Below, in pieces: positions 29,520-38,971 of a stretch of DNA of 64,000 bases. The notes beneath the pieces are model-generated. The model made no database searches, had not been told where the DNA came from, and saw only the letters and a program-made list of their open reading frames with translations. Positions within the stretch are counted from its first letter, which is position 1. Every line of letters begins with the position of its first letter. The position numbers and the translations under genes are program-made. Source of the DNA: Acidobacteriota bacterium (GTDB taxonomy: Bacteria; Acidobacteriota; Aminicenantia; Aminicenantales; Saccharicenantaceae); NCBI GenBank assembly GCA_028749205.1, contig JAQULR010000002.1, positions 59,644 to 123,643 of the forward strand. The letters are read 5' to 3'.

Positions 29520-30959
29520 ATGACCAATAAAAAAATTAGGGTTAATTTTAGAAAAAAATTATTTCCACTTGAGTGGCCAGAGCTGAAAAAACTCATGGAC
29601 CTGGCACTTTCTAAGGGTGGAGAATTTTCTGACATTTTTTTGGAATACAGGATTTCGCGTTCTGTCCTGATGGAAGAAGATATTATCAAAGAATCCTCGG
29701 AGAACCTTACCCGCGGCCTGGGACTGAGGGTCATAAAAAAAGACCGAACCGGTTATGCATATACCAACGACCTCTCAGATGAAAAGCTCAAACAAGTGGC
29801 TGCCAACGCTGCGGCCATAGCAAATTCGTCCAGGAGTTTTTGCTCCTCAAAGCAGTTCAAAACTCTAAGGCCAGAAAGAGATGTATCTTTAGTCAAGGGC
29901 TTCCCTACCTCCAGGCCTCTAAAGGATAAGCTTGACCTGGTTGAGAAAACCTACAGAGCGGCTCAGAATTTTGACCCAGCTATTAAGAAAATCCAGGTGG
30001 CCTACACAGAATCAAAGCAACAAATCTGGCTGGTTAATTCAGAAGGCTTGTCAGTTTTAGAAGATAGGCCAATGGTCAAAATAGTCGCCATGGTTGTAGC
30101 AGAAAAAAAGGGCCGCAAAGAAGCAGGATTTTCAGGCGGAGGCGGCCGAGTTGGTCTGGATTATTTCTCAAACAATCTTACTCCCGAAAAAATTGGCCGG
30201 GAAGCAGCCTGGGAAGCTATCCAATTGCTGGAGGCGGCTGAAGCCCCGGCTGGTGAGTTTACTGTGGTTCTAGGGCCCGGACATAGCGGCGTTCTTATTC
30301 ATGAGGCAGTCGGTCATTTACTGGAGGCTGATTTTGTCAGGAAAAAAACATCCATACTTTGGGATAAGCTGGGGAAAAAGGTAGGCTCTGAGCAGATTAC
30401 TATATATGACGATCCTACCATCTCGGGTCTAAGGGGTTCGTACAACTTCGATGATGAAGGCACCCCGCCCCAGCCAACTCTATTAATAGAAAAGGGGCAG
30501 GTCAGAGGTTTTCTTCAGGACCTGCTTTCAGCCCAGTTGATGAAATGTCGGCCTACAGGTCACGGACGACGCCAGGATTTTACTAATTGGCCGTTACCCA
30601 GGATGAGTAATACTTACCTTGAGCCCGGAGAATATCAACCCGAGGAAATTATCCGCTCGGTTAAAAAAGGCCTATATGTCAGCCGACTCTCGGGCGGCCA
30701 GGTTGAGGATTCTGGAAAATTTACTTTTTCAGCTTCTTCTGGATACTTGATTGAAAATGGTAAGTTGGGAAGACCTATAAAGCAGGCTACGCTTATAGGA
30801 ACTAATCTGGATATTCTACAGAAAGTAGAAATGGTTGGTTCCGATCTGGAATTTGATTGGCAAACCGGCACCTGTTCAAAGGAGGGTCAGGAAGTTCCTA
30901 TCTCAGATGGTTGTCCTACTATGAAAATCTCAAAGATGACTCTCGGGGGAATTAAATGA
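29520..30959 (+). CDS. tldD: TldD family metalloprotease
   Basis: HEAVGHLLEADF HExxxH motif, 479 aa, overlaps downstream pmbA-like gene by 4 nt. Confidence 0.85.
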   Translation: MTNKKIRVNFRKKLFPLEWPELKKLMDLALSKGGEFSDIFLEYRISRSVLMEEDIIKESSENLTRGLGLRVIKKDRTGYAYTNDLSDEKLKQVAANAAAIANSSRSFCSSKQFKTLRPERDVSLVKGFPTSRPLKDKLDLVEKTYRAAQNFDPAIKKIQVAYTESKQQIWLVNSEGLSVLEDRPMVKIVAMVVAEKKGRKEAGFSGGGGRVGLDYFSNNLTPEKIGREAAWEAIQLLEAAEAPAGEFTVVLGPGHSGVLIHEAVGHLLEADFVRKKTSILWDKLGKKVGSEQITIYDDPTISGLRGSYNFDDEGTPPQPTLLIEKGQVRGFLQDLLSAQLMKCRPTGHGRRQDFTNWPLPRMSNTYLEPGEYQPEEIIRSVKKGLYVSRLSGGQVEDSGKFTFSASSGYLIENGKLGRPIKQATLIGTNLDILQKVEMVGSDLEFDWQTGTCSKEGQEVPISDGCPTMKISKMTLGGIK

Positions 30960-32302
30960 AACCTAAAGATGATACTAATAATCTAAGAAACCTGGCTGAA
31001 AAGATTGTCCATTATGGTAAAAAACAAGGAGCCGAGGAAATAGAAGTTACCCTTTATGATGGCCTGGAATTTAATGTGGATGTCAGACGGGGAAAAATTG
31101 AAAACCTGGTTGAGGCTGGTTCCAGATATTGTTCCCTGAGAGTTTTCAAGGATAAAAAAGCTGCTTCAGCCAGTTCTTCTGACCTAAGACTTCCAGTCCT
31201 CCAGACCTTGGTCAGAAACGCTATAAGGAGAGCTGAGCTAACCCAGCCTGATGAATATGCCGGATTACCTGTTTCAGCCACTTTTAAGGTAAACGAGAAC
31301 TCCCTTAGACTCTATGACCCCGAGATTTCCAGGATGAAGCCTAAAGAAAAAATCAAATTAGCTCGGGCTGCTGAAAAGGTTGCTCTCCAGGATAAACGGA
31401 TCACCAATTCTTTCGGAGCCAGCTTTTTGACCAACGAAATTAAGAGCCTGCTGGTTAATTCCAATGGCTTTGCTGGAGAGTATCGCCAGACTTATTGCAG
31501 TCTGAGCTTGGACCTTCAAGCTGGAAGTGGTGATCAGTTGGTCGAAGATTACTGGTTTTCTGCCAAGAGACATCTTAAAGATCTGGCCTCACCTGAAGAA
31601 GTAGGTAAAAAGGCAGTGGAAAGAACTGTTCGGCAACTTCATCCACGAAAGATTAGAACCCAGAATGTCCCGGTTGTTTTTGAACCCACCATGACTTCCT
31701 GGCTGCTGGCTTTCCTGTTTGCCTGTGTTTCAGGTACCGCTGTCTACCAGAAGACTACTTTCTTAGAAGGAAAGCTTGGTCAGACAATTGGTAACCGCTT
31801 AGTTACAGTAATAGATGATGGACTCCTGCCGGGGAAACTTGGTTCCAGGCCCTTTGACTCAGAAGGCGTTCCAACCCAGAGGACAGTAGTGGTCGAGAAG
31901 GGCTTGCTTCAAAACTATCTTTGTAATACCTATGCTGCCAGAAAACTTAAGTTGGTTCCTACCGGTAATGGGAATGGTCATAGCGTTGTTCCCAATAATT
32001 TTTTTATTGAGCCTGGAACGACAGCTCCAGAAGAAATCGTAAGTTCAACTCAAAAAGGTCTCCTGCTGACCAAAATCATTGGCCATGGTTTAAATCCAGT
32101 AACGGGAGATATCTCCTGCGGCGCTTTTGGCCTTTGGCTTGAAGATGGGGAAATTGCCTATCCAGTTTCAGAGATTACTATCGCTGGAAATCTCGGACGG
32201 ATTCTGAAAAGTATTGAGCTGGTCGGTAATGATCTGCAATTTGAAAGTTCCATCTGTGGCCCAACCATCAAGGTAGCCGAAATGACTGTAGCTGGAATGT
32301 AA
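30956..32302 (+). CDS. pmbA: PmbA/TldE family protein (TldD partner)
   Basis: TldD/PmbA fold without HExxxH, 448 aa, translationally coupled to tldD. Confidence 0.8.
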   Translation: MKPKDDTNNLRNLAEKIVHYGKKQGAEEIEVTLYDGLEFNVDVRRGKIENLVEAGSRYCSLRVFKDKKAASASSSDLRLPVLQTLVRNAIRRAELTQPDEYAGLPVSATFKVNENSLRLYDPEISRMKPKEKIKLARAAEKVALQDKRITNSFGASFLTNEIKSLLVNSNGFAGEYRQTYCSLSLDLQAGSGDQLVEDYWFSAKRHLKDLASPEEVGKKAVERTVRQLHPRKIRTQNVPVVFEPTMTSWLLAFLFACVSGTAVYQKTTFLEGKLGQTIGNRLVTVIDDGLLPGKLGSRPFDSEGVPTQRTVVVEKGLLQNYLCNTYAARKLKLVPTGNGNGHSVVPNNFFIEPGTTAPEEIVSSTQKGLLLTKIIGHGLNPVTGDISCGAFGLWLEDGEIAYPVSEITIAGNLGRILKSIELVGNDLQFESSICGPTIKVAEMTVAGM

Positions 32303-32312
32303 CCAGGCAATT

Positions 32313-32909
32313 TTAATTCTTAATTCTTTGCCCGTAGCGGTTTAGATGGACTACTTCCTCCAGTTTTCGCTTCGGCACATGCAGAACTTCTGTTTCATCT
32401 TTCCAGTATTTAACTGACCCCTTAAAATCTTCTATAACAGGTTTTTCAGCCGGATAACCAAGAGCCAGCACAGAATCAATCAGATATTTTTCCGGGATAT
32501 CCAGTGCATTTCTTAACCTGTCCCGATCTATGGAAATCAGCCAGCAGCTGCCGATGCCCTGGGTGAAAGCTCCCAGGATAATATTTTCAGCTGATGCTCC
32601 AACATCATGCTGATAGCCCTCCTTTCTGATCTCAGTGTTTACCAGGATTACGATATAGGCAGTTGGCTCCTGTCCGGGCTTGGGATTTCCGGCCGGATTT
32701 ATATAAGCTGCCCAGCGAAGGCCAGCAAACACCTTTTGCCTCACTGTCTGATCGTTCACCAGAAGAAATTCCAGGGGTTGAAGATTAGAAGCCGAGGGTG
32801 CCAGGCGCCCTAAATCTGCCAGCTCCAGCAGGATATTAGTCGGAATTTCTTCTGGTTGAAACTGCCGAATAGTTCTCCTGTTTTTAATCAAGGTAAAGAA
32901 ATCTTCCAT
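32313..32909 (-). CDS. nitroreductase family protein (FMN-dependent)
   Basis: RRTIRQFQPEEIP N-terminal nitroreductase motif; 198 aa. Confidence 0.8.
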   Translation of the reverse strand: MEDFFTLIKNRRTIRQFQPEEIPTNILLELADLGRLAPSASNLQPLEFLLVNDQTVRQKVFAGLRWAAYINPAGNPKPGQEPTAYIVILVNTEIRKEGYQHDVGASAENIILGAFTQGIGSCWLISIDRDRLRNALDIPEKYLIDSVLALGYPAEKPVIEDFKGSVKYWKDETEVLHVPKRKLEEVVHLNRYGQRIKN

Positions 32910-32932
32910 TGTGGCCCTCCTCCCTTCTTTTA

Positions 32933-34132
32933 TTATTTAAGGCTCTCGATTCCGGGCTCCGGTGCTTTTATCTTAAAAATAACATTGGCAAAAAGCAAGA
33001 TAATTCCAGCTATTAAGTACATAGATGGCAAACTCACAATTTCTGTCATCCAGCCAAAAAACATTGATCCCAGCCCCATTCCAGCATCAAAAAGCGAATT
33101 ATAAAGGCTGATGGCTAATCCTTTGTTTTCACGGCCCAAGAAATCAATCAGATAAGTACTGAGTGCCGGGAATATCATTCCCTGACCAAGTCCTCCAATA
33201 AAACCGGTGAATAGCAATAATGGCATTGATTTTATCTGGGAAATCAGCAAGAGATTCAAACCAATGATGAGGGCTGACAGAAATACTACCTTCTTTCGGC
33301 CGAAACTGTCTGAAAGACCACCCAGCTTAAACCTGGATAAGATAGCTGCCGCTGAGAAAACTAAAAAAAATGGACCGACTCGCCCCAGGTTCAGGTATTT
33401 GACCAGCAGAGGCATAAAATAAATTATCGCCCCTCTGATGGAACCATGGATGATCGGCATTGACCCGATTATCAGAAGCAGCAGCCAGGAAGACAGGCTT
33501 TTAAATCCCCGGACTGAAGTTTTAGCTTCATCCCGCTCTTCCCTTGGCAGTTCCTTGGTCAGGTTGACCAGGATAAAAGATAGAATTAAAAAAATCAGAC
33601 TGGTGTTAAACAAAGCAGGAAATCCCCAGTGCTTGATAATTTCTTCTCCCAAGGTAGGACCAACAGCGTTAGCCACTAACCCAGCCACCCCGACAATCCC
33701 AATAGACCTGGCTATACTTGGTACCGGAGCCAGGTCAGTACACATAGTGATAGTAGCCGTCATACTAATACCCCAACCGATGCCAGTTAGGGCTCTAAGA
33801 AAAACCGGTAGAGAGCCAGCGTCCTTAACCAGATGAAAAAGAGGTACGACTAAAATAAGAAGACCAATTCCCAGAAGGGAAAATCTCTTGCCACCCCGCC
33901 GATCGATCAGCCTGCCAAAAAAAGGCCTGATGGCAATGGCCGTCAGGCTATGAATTCCCATTATTAAGCCTACCTGACTTCCACGGGGCTCAAACTGCCT
34001 TAAATACAGCGGGAAAATAAAAAATAGGCTGATCGATAAGAACAGAAAAAAATAGGCTAATAAGCCTATGATAAAATCCCGGCTCCAGAGTTTGTTTTGA
34101 CGGCTAAGAGATGGTCTTTGAGGTAGTTTCAT
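32933..34132 (-). CDS. MFS transporter
   Basis: 12 predicted TM helices, GRLIDRRGGKR-type MFS loop motif. Confidence 0.8.
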   Translation of the reverse strand: MKLPQRPSLSRQNKLWSRDFIIGLLAYFFLFLSISLFFIFPLYLRQFEPRGSQVGLIMGIHSLTAIAIRPFFGRLIDRRGGKRFSLLGIGLLILVVPLFHLVKDAGSLPVFLRALTGIGWGISMTATITMCTDLAPVPSIARSIGIVGVAGLVANAVGPTLGEEIIKHWGFPALFNTSLIFLILSFILVNLTKELPREERDEAKTSVRGFKSLSSWLLLLIIGSMPIIHGSIRGAIIYFMPLLVKYLNLGRVGPFFLVFSAAAILSRFKLGGLSDSFGRKKVVFLSALIIGLNLLLISQIKSMPLLLFTGFIGGLGQGMIFPALSTYLIDFLGRENKGLAISLYNSLFDAGMGLGSMFFGWMTEIVSLPSMYLIAGIILLFANVIFKIKAPEPGIESLK

Positions 34133-34175
34133 TTCTGTTATGATTCAACCAGGAATATTCAAAAACACTAATGAT

Positions 34176-34232
34176 CCTAGATTACTCCCAAATAATCCAG
34201 GTTAACCTGCGTTATCAATGCAGGCGATTAAG
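34176..34232 (+). repeat. intergenic repeat family copy upstream of MFS gene
   Basis: CCTAGATTACTCCCAAATAATCCAGG + TTAACCTGCGTTATCAATGCAGG (own hairpin) + CGATTAAG. Confidence 0.6.
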
Positions 34233-34471
34233 AAACATAAAAATATCCTAATTTTGTCTTGATGTAAACAGGGTGCTGGCTGTTGGGGTTAGGGGAAAAT
34301 CTCAAAATAGGGGGATGATTGAAGGAGGGTATCCTTTGACTTTGCCCAGCCAGCAAAGCAAAGCCATATTTATGATATCAGAGTTTTTTAAAAAATCAAA
34401 TGTATGACAAAAAATAATTTAAGGGTCTAAAAATAATGACCACAACTTACTCCTATCCTGTTAGACACCTT

Positions 34472-36319
34472 TTACAATCCTAACTCATTTATTTTTTTGA
34501 TTATTTCTACAAATTCATCAGTTTCAGCCTCAGCATAGGTTTGCTCCAGCTCACTTAAGAGTTTAGCCAGTTTCCAGGCCAGATCAGATTTCAGAGGTTT
34601 CCATACCTGTCGCGGATCCTGGAAGACCTTTGGGTGAAGGTCGCCCACCGGTCGTCCCCGATCATCTTGAGGCAATTCCTGAAAAAGAATTTGGTTGACT
34701 ATAGTTAAAAAATGATCCCGCAAATTAATGAAATACATTAAACTGTAATATTCTTGTAAAAAACACCTTTCACTTAAGGATGCCTGGCTCAGAGCTTGAA
34801 GAAAGCCAGCGGGTGGTTCATAAGTATAGCATTCTTTCATAGCTTGAATGAGTTTATCGGTCTGAGAGACAGCCGCTGGTAGAGCTTCATTTAGATAAAA
34901 TTCCGAAAGCCGCTGTAAATCAAAATCAAAAGACAATTTTTGGCTTTTTTCTTTTCTGGACGACAGAACAAATACTGGTCTGCTGCTGCTAGCCAGATAG
35001 ATCTCTCTTCGATCGAAAAACCCATTACCATCAGTATCAAAATAACGAATTTCTCCGACTGCCGGCATCCCGGCAAAATTGCCTATCGGCAGCCAGCCTT
35101 CCTCTGCCCCGAAAAGATGAATTTTCTGATCAAGCTGGCTGTAATAAAGTTCAACAGAACCATCCAGGTTGTAGGCCACTTCTCTCCGGACATTCCATTT
35201 CTGGATATTGGAGGAAGAACCAGCCAGTTGTCTTCGCTCCCACAGCCAACCTATTCCATGCCCCTCAAATCCTTTAGACTCCGGTTGTCTATCCAGCTTC
35301 TCATCAGGAAATTCTTTCCAGGATAAACCGGCCCTCTGGGCCTGGTATCCTTGGATCTGATCTAAAATCATTTCATAGGGAATTGCCAGAGCTTCTTGAG
35401 GAGGCCTTCTTTTGTCAGAATAGATTCGGAATTCCTCAAGGTTATATTCTTGTTTTCCTTCCAGAACCAGCCCCAGGTCATAATGAAAAGGGTTTTCCAG
35501 GCTATTATTCCGATCAGCATCATAACTTATATCAAGGCTTCCGATGACTGGTCCAGTAGCTTCGTCCTCCAGATTAAAATGAACTACCAGGTCTGTTAAA
35601 CTGTCACTATTAAGGTCAAAGCTGGCTGCCGGACAAATCTCTGCCGGCCACCAGCTTCTTTTTGAGCCTTGGTAGATATTTTTAAAATAAAGCTTTTTAC
35701 CAGAAAAATTCTGGCTAAATCTCTCAGCCATCAAGTCCAGTGGATTTTTAAACTTAATGATTTCACCGATATGCTCAAAATCATAACCAAACCAACCCTT
35801 GACCAGATATCCTCTTTCAAAATACCGAACCTCCATAAAATCCGCCTGACCATCTCCGTTCTCATCCGCATAATCCACCATCAAATCTACCTGACCATCG
35901 CGGTTCAAATCATAAAGATAACAGTCATCATGAAAATCGCCACCGGCTTTAAGGCTGTTATCTCCATCATCATCAATTGTCCAGACCAAAATTTCAGCTT
36001 TAGTTCCTCCGCCAAGATCATAACTTTCAATCCTAACAGCCATCCTGTCTCTGGCTTCGCCACCTTCATCAAGTATCAACGTCTCCCCAGGGCTGAGGTT
36101 CTGGGCTTTCCTCCACCATTTCTTTGACTTTAGGCTGGGCATCCGACCTTGAACCGATAAGGCCGTTGACTTCATCCACCAGGGCCCGTCTCGGCCCTCG
36201 CCAGCCCTTAGAGGTTTACTGCCTGTTTTCCCCTGACCAATAAAGCCTGAAGTGCCTATAATTAGACTGGCAATCAAAACGATAAACAAAAAGGATCGAT
36301 ATCTGTTATTTTTGTTCAT
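34472..36319 (-). CDS. secreted protein with FG-GAP/EF-hand-like Ca-binding DxNxDGxxD repeats (function unknown)
   Basis: Signal peptide; repeated DLNRDGQVD, DENGDGQAD, DLNSDSLTD, DTDGNGFFD motifs; 615 aa. Confidence 0.5.
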   Translation of the reverse strand: MNKNNRYRSFLFIVLIASLIIGTSGFIGQGKTGSKPLRAGEGRDGPWWMKSTALSVQGRMPSLKSKKWWRKAQNLSPGETLILDEGGEARDRMAVRIESYDLGGGTKAEILVWTIDDDGDNSLKAGGDFHDDCYLYDLNRDGQVDLMVDYADENGDGQADFMEVRYFERGYLVKGWFGYDFEHIGEIIKFKNPLDLMAERFSQNFSGKKLYFKNIYQGSKRSWWPAEICPAASFDLNSDSLTDLVVHFNLEDEATGPVIGSLDISYDADRNNSLENPFHYDLGLVLEGKQEYNLEEFRIYSDKRRPPQEALAIPYEMILDQIQGYQAQRAGLSWKEFPDEKLDRQPESKGFEGHGIGWLWERRQLAGSSSNIQKWNVRREVAYNLDGSVELYYSQLDQKIHLFGAEEGWLPIGNFAGMPAVGEIRYFDTDGNGFFDRREIYLASSSRPVFVLSSRKEKSQKLSFDFDLQRLSEFYLNEALPAAVSQTDKLIQAMKECYTYEPPAGFLQALSQASLSERCFLQEYYSLMYFINLRDHFLTIVNQILFQELPQDDRGRPVGDLHPKVFQDPRQVWKPLKSDLAWKLAKLLSELEQTYAEAETDEFVEIIKKINELGL

Positions 36320-36344
36320 TTCAACAAGAAATCACATCTATTAT

Positions 36345-36390
36345 CCAGAATTATTCAAAAATAATCCAGAGTATCTTTCGTTTTTTGGGT
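36345..36390 (+). repeat. intergenic repeat family copy upstream of the Ca-binding secreted protein gene
   Basis: CCAGAATTATTCAAAAATAATCCAGAG; additional GAGATTATTC half-sites at 36431 and 36461. Confidence 0.55.
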
Positions 36391-36666
36391 CAATTGGACT
36401 GAATGTTTATCTGGTAACATTAATTAGCCGAGATTATTCATAAAACTTTCCCTACTCTGAGATTATTATTAATGGTTGAGAAAAAAATGGTAACATCTTT
36501 TATTAGAAAATAATCATAGAATTTTCGGGAAAAATTATGATAATTCTAAGCCTGCCTGAAATCCTGCCATAAAAAACGTAAGTTGATTTATAAAATCCAT
36601 CCAGATAGATTTATATCGTCGAGTGGGGCAAATATTGGTATAATTAACCACCGTGAGGCAGTTTAG

Positions 36667-38079
36667 ATGTATCCTAAGATAATTCAGGCAGTCGAAAGGC
36701 AAATCCGGCCAAAATTAAATCCAGAATTCGACTATCAATTCCTTCCCTTAGGCAAATTTATAGTCTGGTATCGGGATCTAGCCAAAGAAAACTCGGAGAA
36801 GATTAGAATCGGTCTGGAAAGAGAAAATGGCCTTCTGGCCGGCTGGACAGATAAAATCCTTCCTTTATCAGAGGAAACACTGCCTCTAACCCAGGTCTAT
36901 GTTGAAAAATTGATAAAATTTTTACTCTGGCAAAAAGGCGGTTGGAAAATCTATTTCCAGGGCCCCGAGCTAATTTACCAGCACCTTAAAAAACTGTATT
37001 CTTCCCAGGGTCAAAGAGGATTTGATGTCGATTTAATGAGTTCAGTTTACGGAAAACCTTTTGAAGTGATAATGGTTTCAGCCGGTCAGTTTCCTGAAGA
37101 TAGAGAAAGCCATCTTATCCTCGGAGGACACTTAGATGGTTGCCGCCTGGGTTTTGACCTTGGAGCCAGCGATTTTAAGGTAGCCGCAGTTAAGGAAGGT
37201 CAGGTGGTCTTCAGCCAGGAAATCCCCTGGAATCCCCAGGAACAACCTGACCCTTCCTATCATTATCATCATCTTCAGTCTGGACTCAAAGAAGCCGAGA
37301 CTCATTTACCAAAGGTTCAAGCTATCGGAGGAAGTGCCGCTGGAATTTACATTAACAATCAGGTCAAAATCGCCTCTCTCTTTCGAGCAGTTCCAAAAAG
37401 CATTTTTGAAAAAAAAGTAAAAAATCTATTTGTCGAAATGCAGAAAGAATGGGCTGTTCCTTTTGAAATCATCAATGATGGTGAAATCACCGCCCTGGCC
37501 GGTCATCTCAGTCTCAACCGGACAGCCATTCTGGGGATAGCCATGGGTTCAAGTGAAGCCGGAGGTTATTTGAATTCAAAAGGCCATTTACCCGGTTGGC
37601 TGGATGAGCTGGCTTTTGCTCCGGTTGACCTGAATCCAGCGGCCGCTGTGGATGAATGGTCGGGCGATCGGGGCGTAGGGGCCATGTACTTTTCCCAGCA
37701 GGCTGTAAACAAACTGGCTACGACAGCCGGCTTCAGCTTTTCCGGGGCAGAAAACCTTCCGGTTAGACTTAGAAAAATCCAGGGCTTTGCTGAAAAGGGG
37801 AATGACCGGGCTGTCAGGGTTTTTAAAGATCTCGGAATTTATCTGGGATATACCATCCAGCTTTACTCCCTTTTTTATGATTACAGAAATCTGTTGATCC
37901 TGGGCCGGGTAACCTCTGGTCTGGCTGGTGAACTGATCAAACAAGAGGCCGAAAGAGTCCTGATTGAAGAATTTCCTGAATTAAAAGAAAAGATAGAAAT
38001 TCATCTAACCGATGAGAAGGGCCGTCGAGTGGGGCAAGCGGTAGCGGCTGCTACTTTACCAGAGATTAAAAAATCATAA
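36667..38079 (+). CDS. ROK/ASKHA-family sugar kinase homolog with ~150-aa N-terminal domain of unknown function
   Basis: C-terminal ~320 aa has GFDLGASDFKVAAV and INDGEITALAGHL ASKHA-kinase motifs but no ROK Cys zinc motif; unique N-terminal extension; directly upstream of nagB. Confidence 0.55.
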   Translation: MYPKIIQAVERQIRPKLNPEFDYQFLPLGKFIVWYRDLAKENSEKIRIGLERENGLLAGWTDKILPLSEETLPLTQVYVEKLIKFLLWQKGGWKIYFQGPELIYQHLKKLYSSQGQRGFDVDLMSSVYGKPFEVIMVSAGQFPEDRESHLILGGHLDGCRLGFDLGASDFKVAAVKEGQVVFSQEIPWNPQEQPDPSYHYHHLQSGLKEAETHLPKVQAIGGSAAGIYINNQVKIASLFRAVPKSIFEKKVKNLFVEMQKEWAVPFEIINDGEITALAGHLSLNRTAILGIAMGSSEAGGYLNSKGHLPGWLDELAFAPVDLNPAAAVDEWSGDRGVGAMYFSQQAVNKLATTAGFSFSGAENLPVRLRKIQGFAEKGNDRAVRVFKDLGIYLGYTIQLYSLFYDYRNLLILGRVTSGLAGELIKQEAERVLIEEFPELKEKIEIHLTDEKGRRVGQAVAAATLPEIKKS

Positions 38080-38102
38080 TAATAGAAAGGAGAAATCAGT
38101 AG

Positions 38103-38885
38103 ATGGAAATCATAGTTCAGCCTGATAGCCAGAAGGCCAGCTGGTTGGCCGCCAAGCTGATAAAAAAAATTATCCTCGAAAAGCCCCGGCCAGTTATCGG
38201 ATTGGCTACCGGCAATACTCCACTGTTTCTCTATAAATTGCTAATAAAAATGTACCGAGAAGGAAGCCTGGATTTTAGTCGAGTTGTTACCTTCAACCTT
38301 GATGAATATGTCGGACTATCTCCTGGTCACCCCTCCTCCTATCATCATTTTATGTGGGAAAATCTATTTAGCCAAATAAACATTCGACCCGAGAGCGTCC
38401 ATTTTCCAAATGGGCTGGCTGCTGACCTTCAAGCTCATTGCCAAGATTATGAGCAAGAAATTGAAAAGGCTGGAGGAATAGATATTCAGGTTTTGGGTAT
38501 AGGAGTTAACGGTCATATTGGTTATAACGAACCAACTTCATCTCTATCTTCCCGGACAAGAATTGAGATCTTAACTGAGCAGACCAGGAAGAGCAACGCA
38601 GTTTTTTTTGGGAGTAAAGACGAGGTTCCCTTCAAGGCCATTACCATGGGAATCGGGACAATTCTTGAGGCCAGAATCTGTTTGTTAATGGCTTTTGGCC
38701 AGAAAAAAGCCCGGGCTGTGGCTCAGGCTGTGGAAGGTCCTTTAACCGCCATGGTTCCTGCTTCCGCTTTACAACTGCACCCTCAAGCTATTGTCCTGCT
38801 GGACCAGGATGCAACTACTGAGCTGAAGTATCTTGATTACTATAAATGGGTCTATGACCATAAGCCAGAATGGCAAGAATACTAA
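38103..38885 (+). CDS. nagB: glucosamine-6-phosphate deaminase
   Basis: GLATGNTP, DEYVGL motifs of the NagB/6-phosphogluconolactonase family; 260 aa. Confidence 0.9.
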   Translation: MEIIVQPDSQKASWLAAKLIKKIILEKPRPVIGLATGNTPLFLYKLLIKMYREGSLDFSRVVTFNLDEYVGLSPGHPSSYHHFMWENLFSQINIRPESVHFPNGLAADLQAHCQDYEQEIEKAGGIDIQVLGIGVNGHIGYNEPTSSLSSRTRIEILTEQTRKSNAVFFGSKDEVPFKAITMGIGTILEARICLLMAFGQKKARAVAQAVEGPLTAMVPASALQLHPQAIVLLDQDATTELKYLDYYKWVYDHKPEWQEY

Positions 38886-38971
38886 GGATCAGGATCCCAA
38901 CCTGGTATTTTGACTTAATTTTCCAGCCTGTGATATAAGAATTTAATCATAATCTTAATGAGGGCTGGAAA

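Noticed and set aside
29520-32909. TldD/PmbA plus nitroreductase as a microcin B17-like (TOMM) maturation cluster
   Set aside because: There is no YcaO/cyclodehydratase or precursor peptide gene nearby. The nitroreductase is on the opposite strand and generic. TldD/PmbA pairs are common housekeeping genes.
34320-34410. Possible 23-aa micro-ORF (TTG start after GAAGGAGGG) in the MFS upstream region
   Set aside because: It is on the strand antisense to the only downstream gene and too short to assess. There is no supporting conservation evidence.
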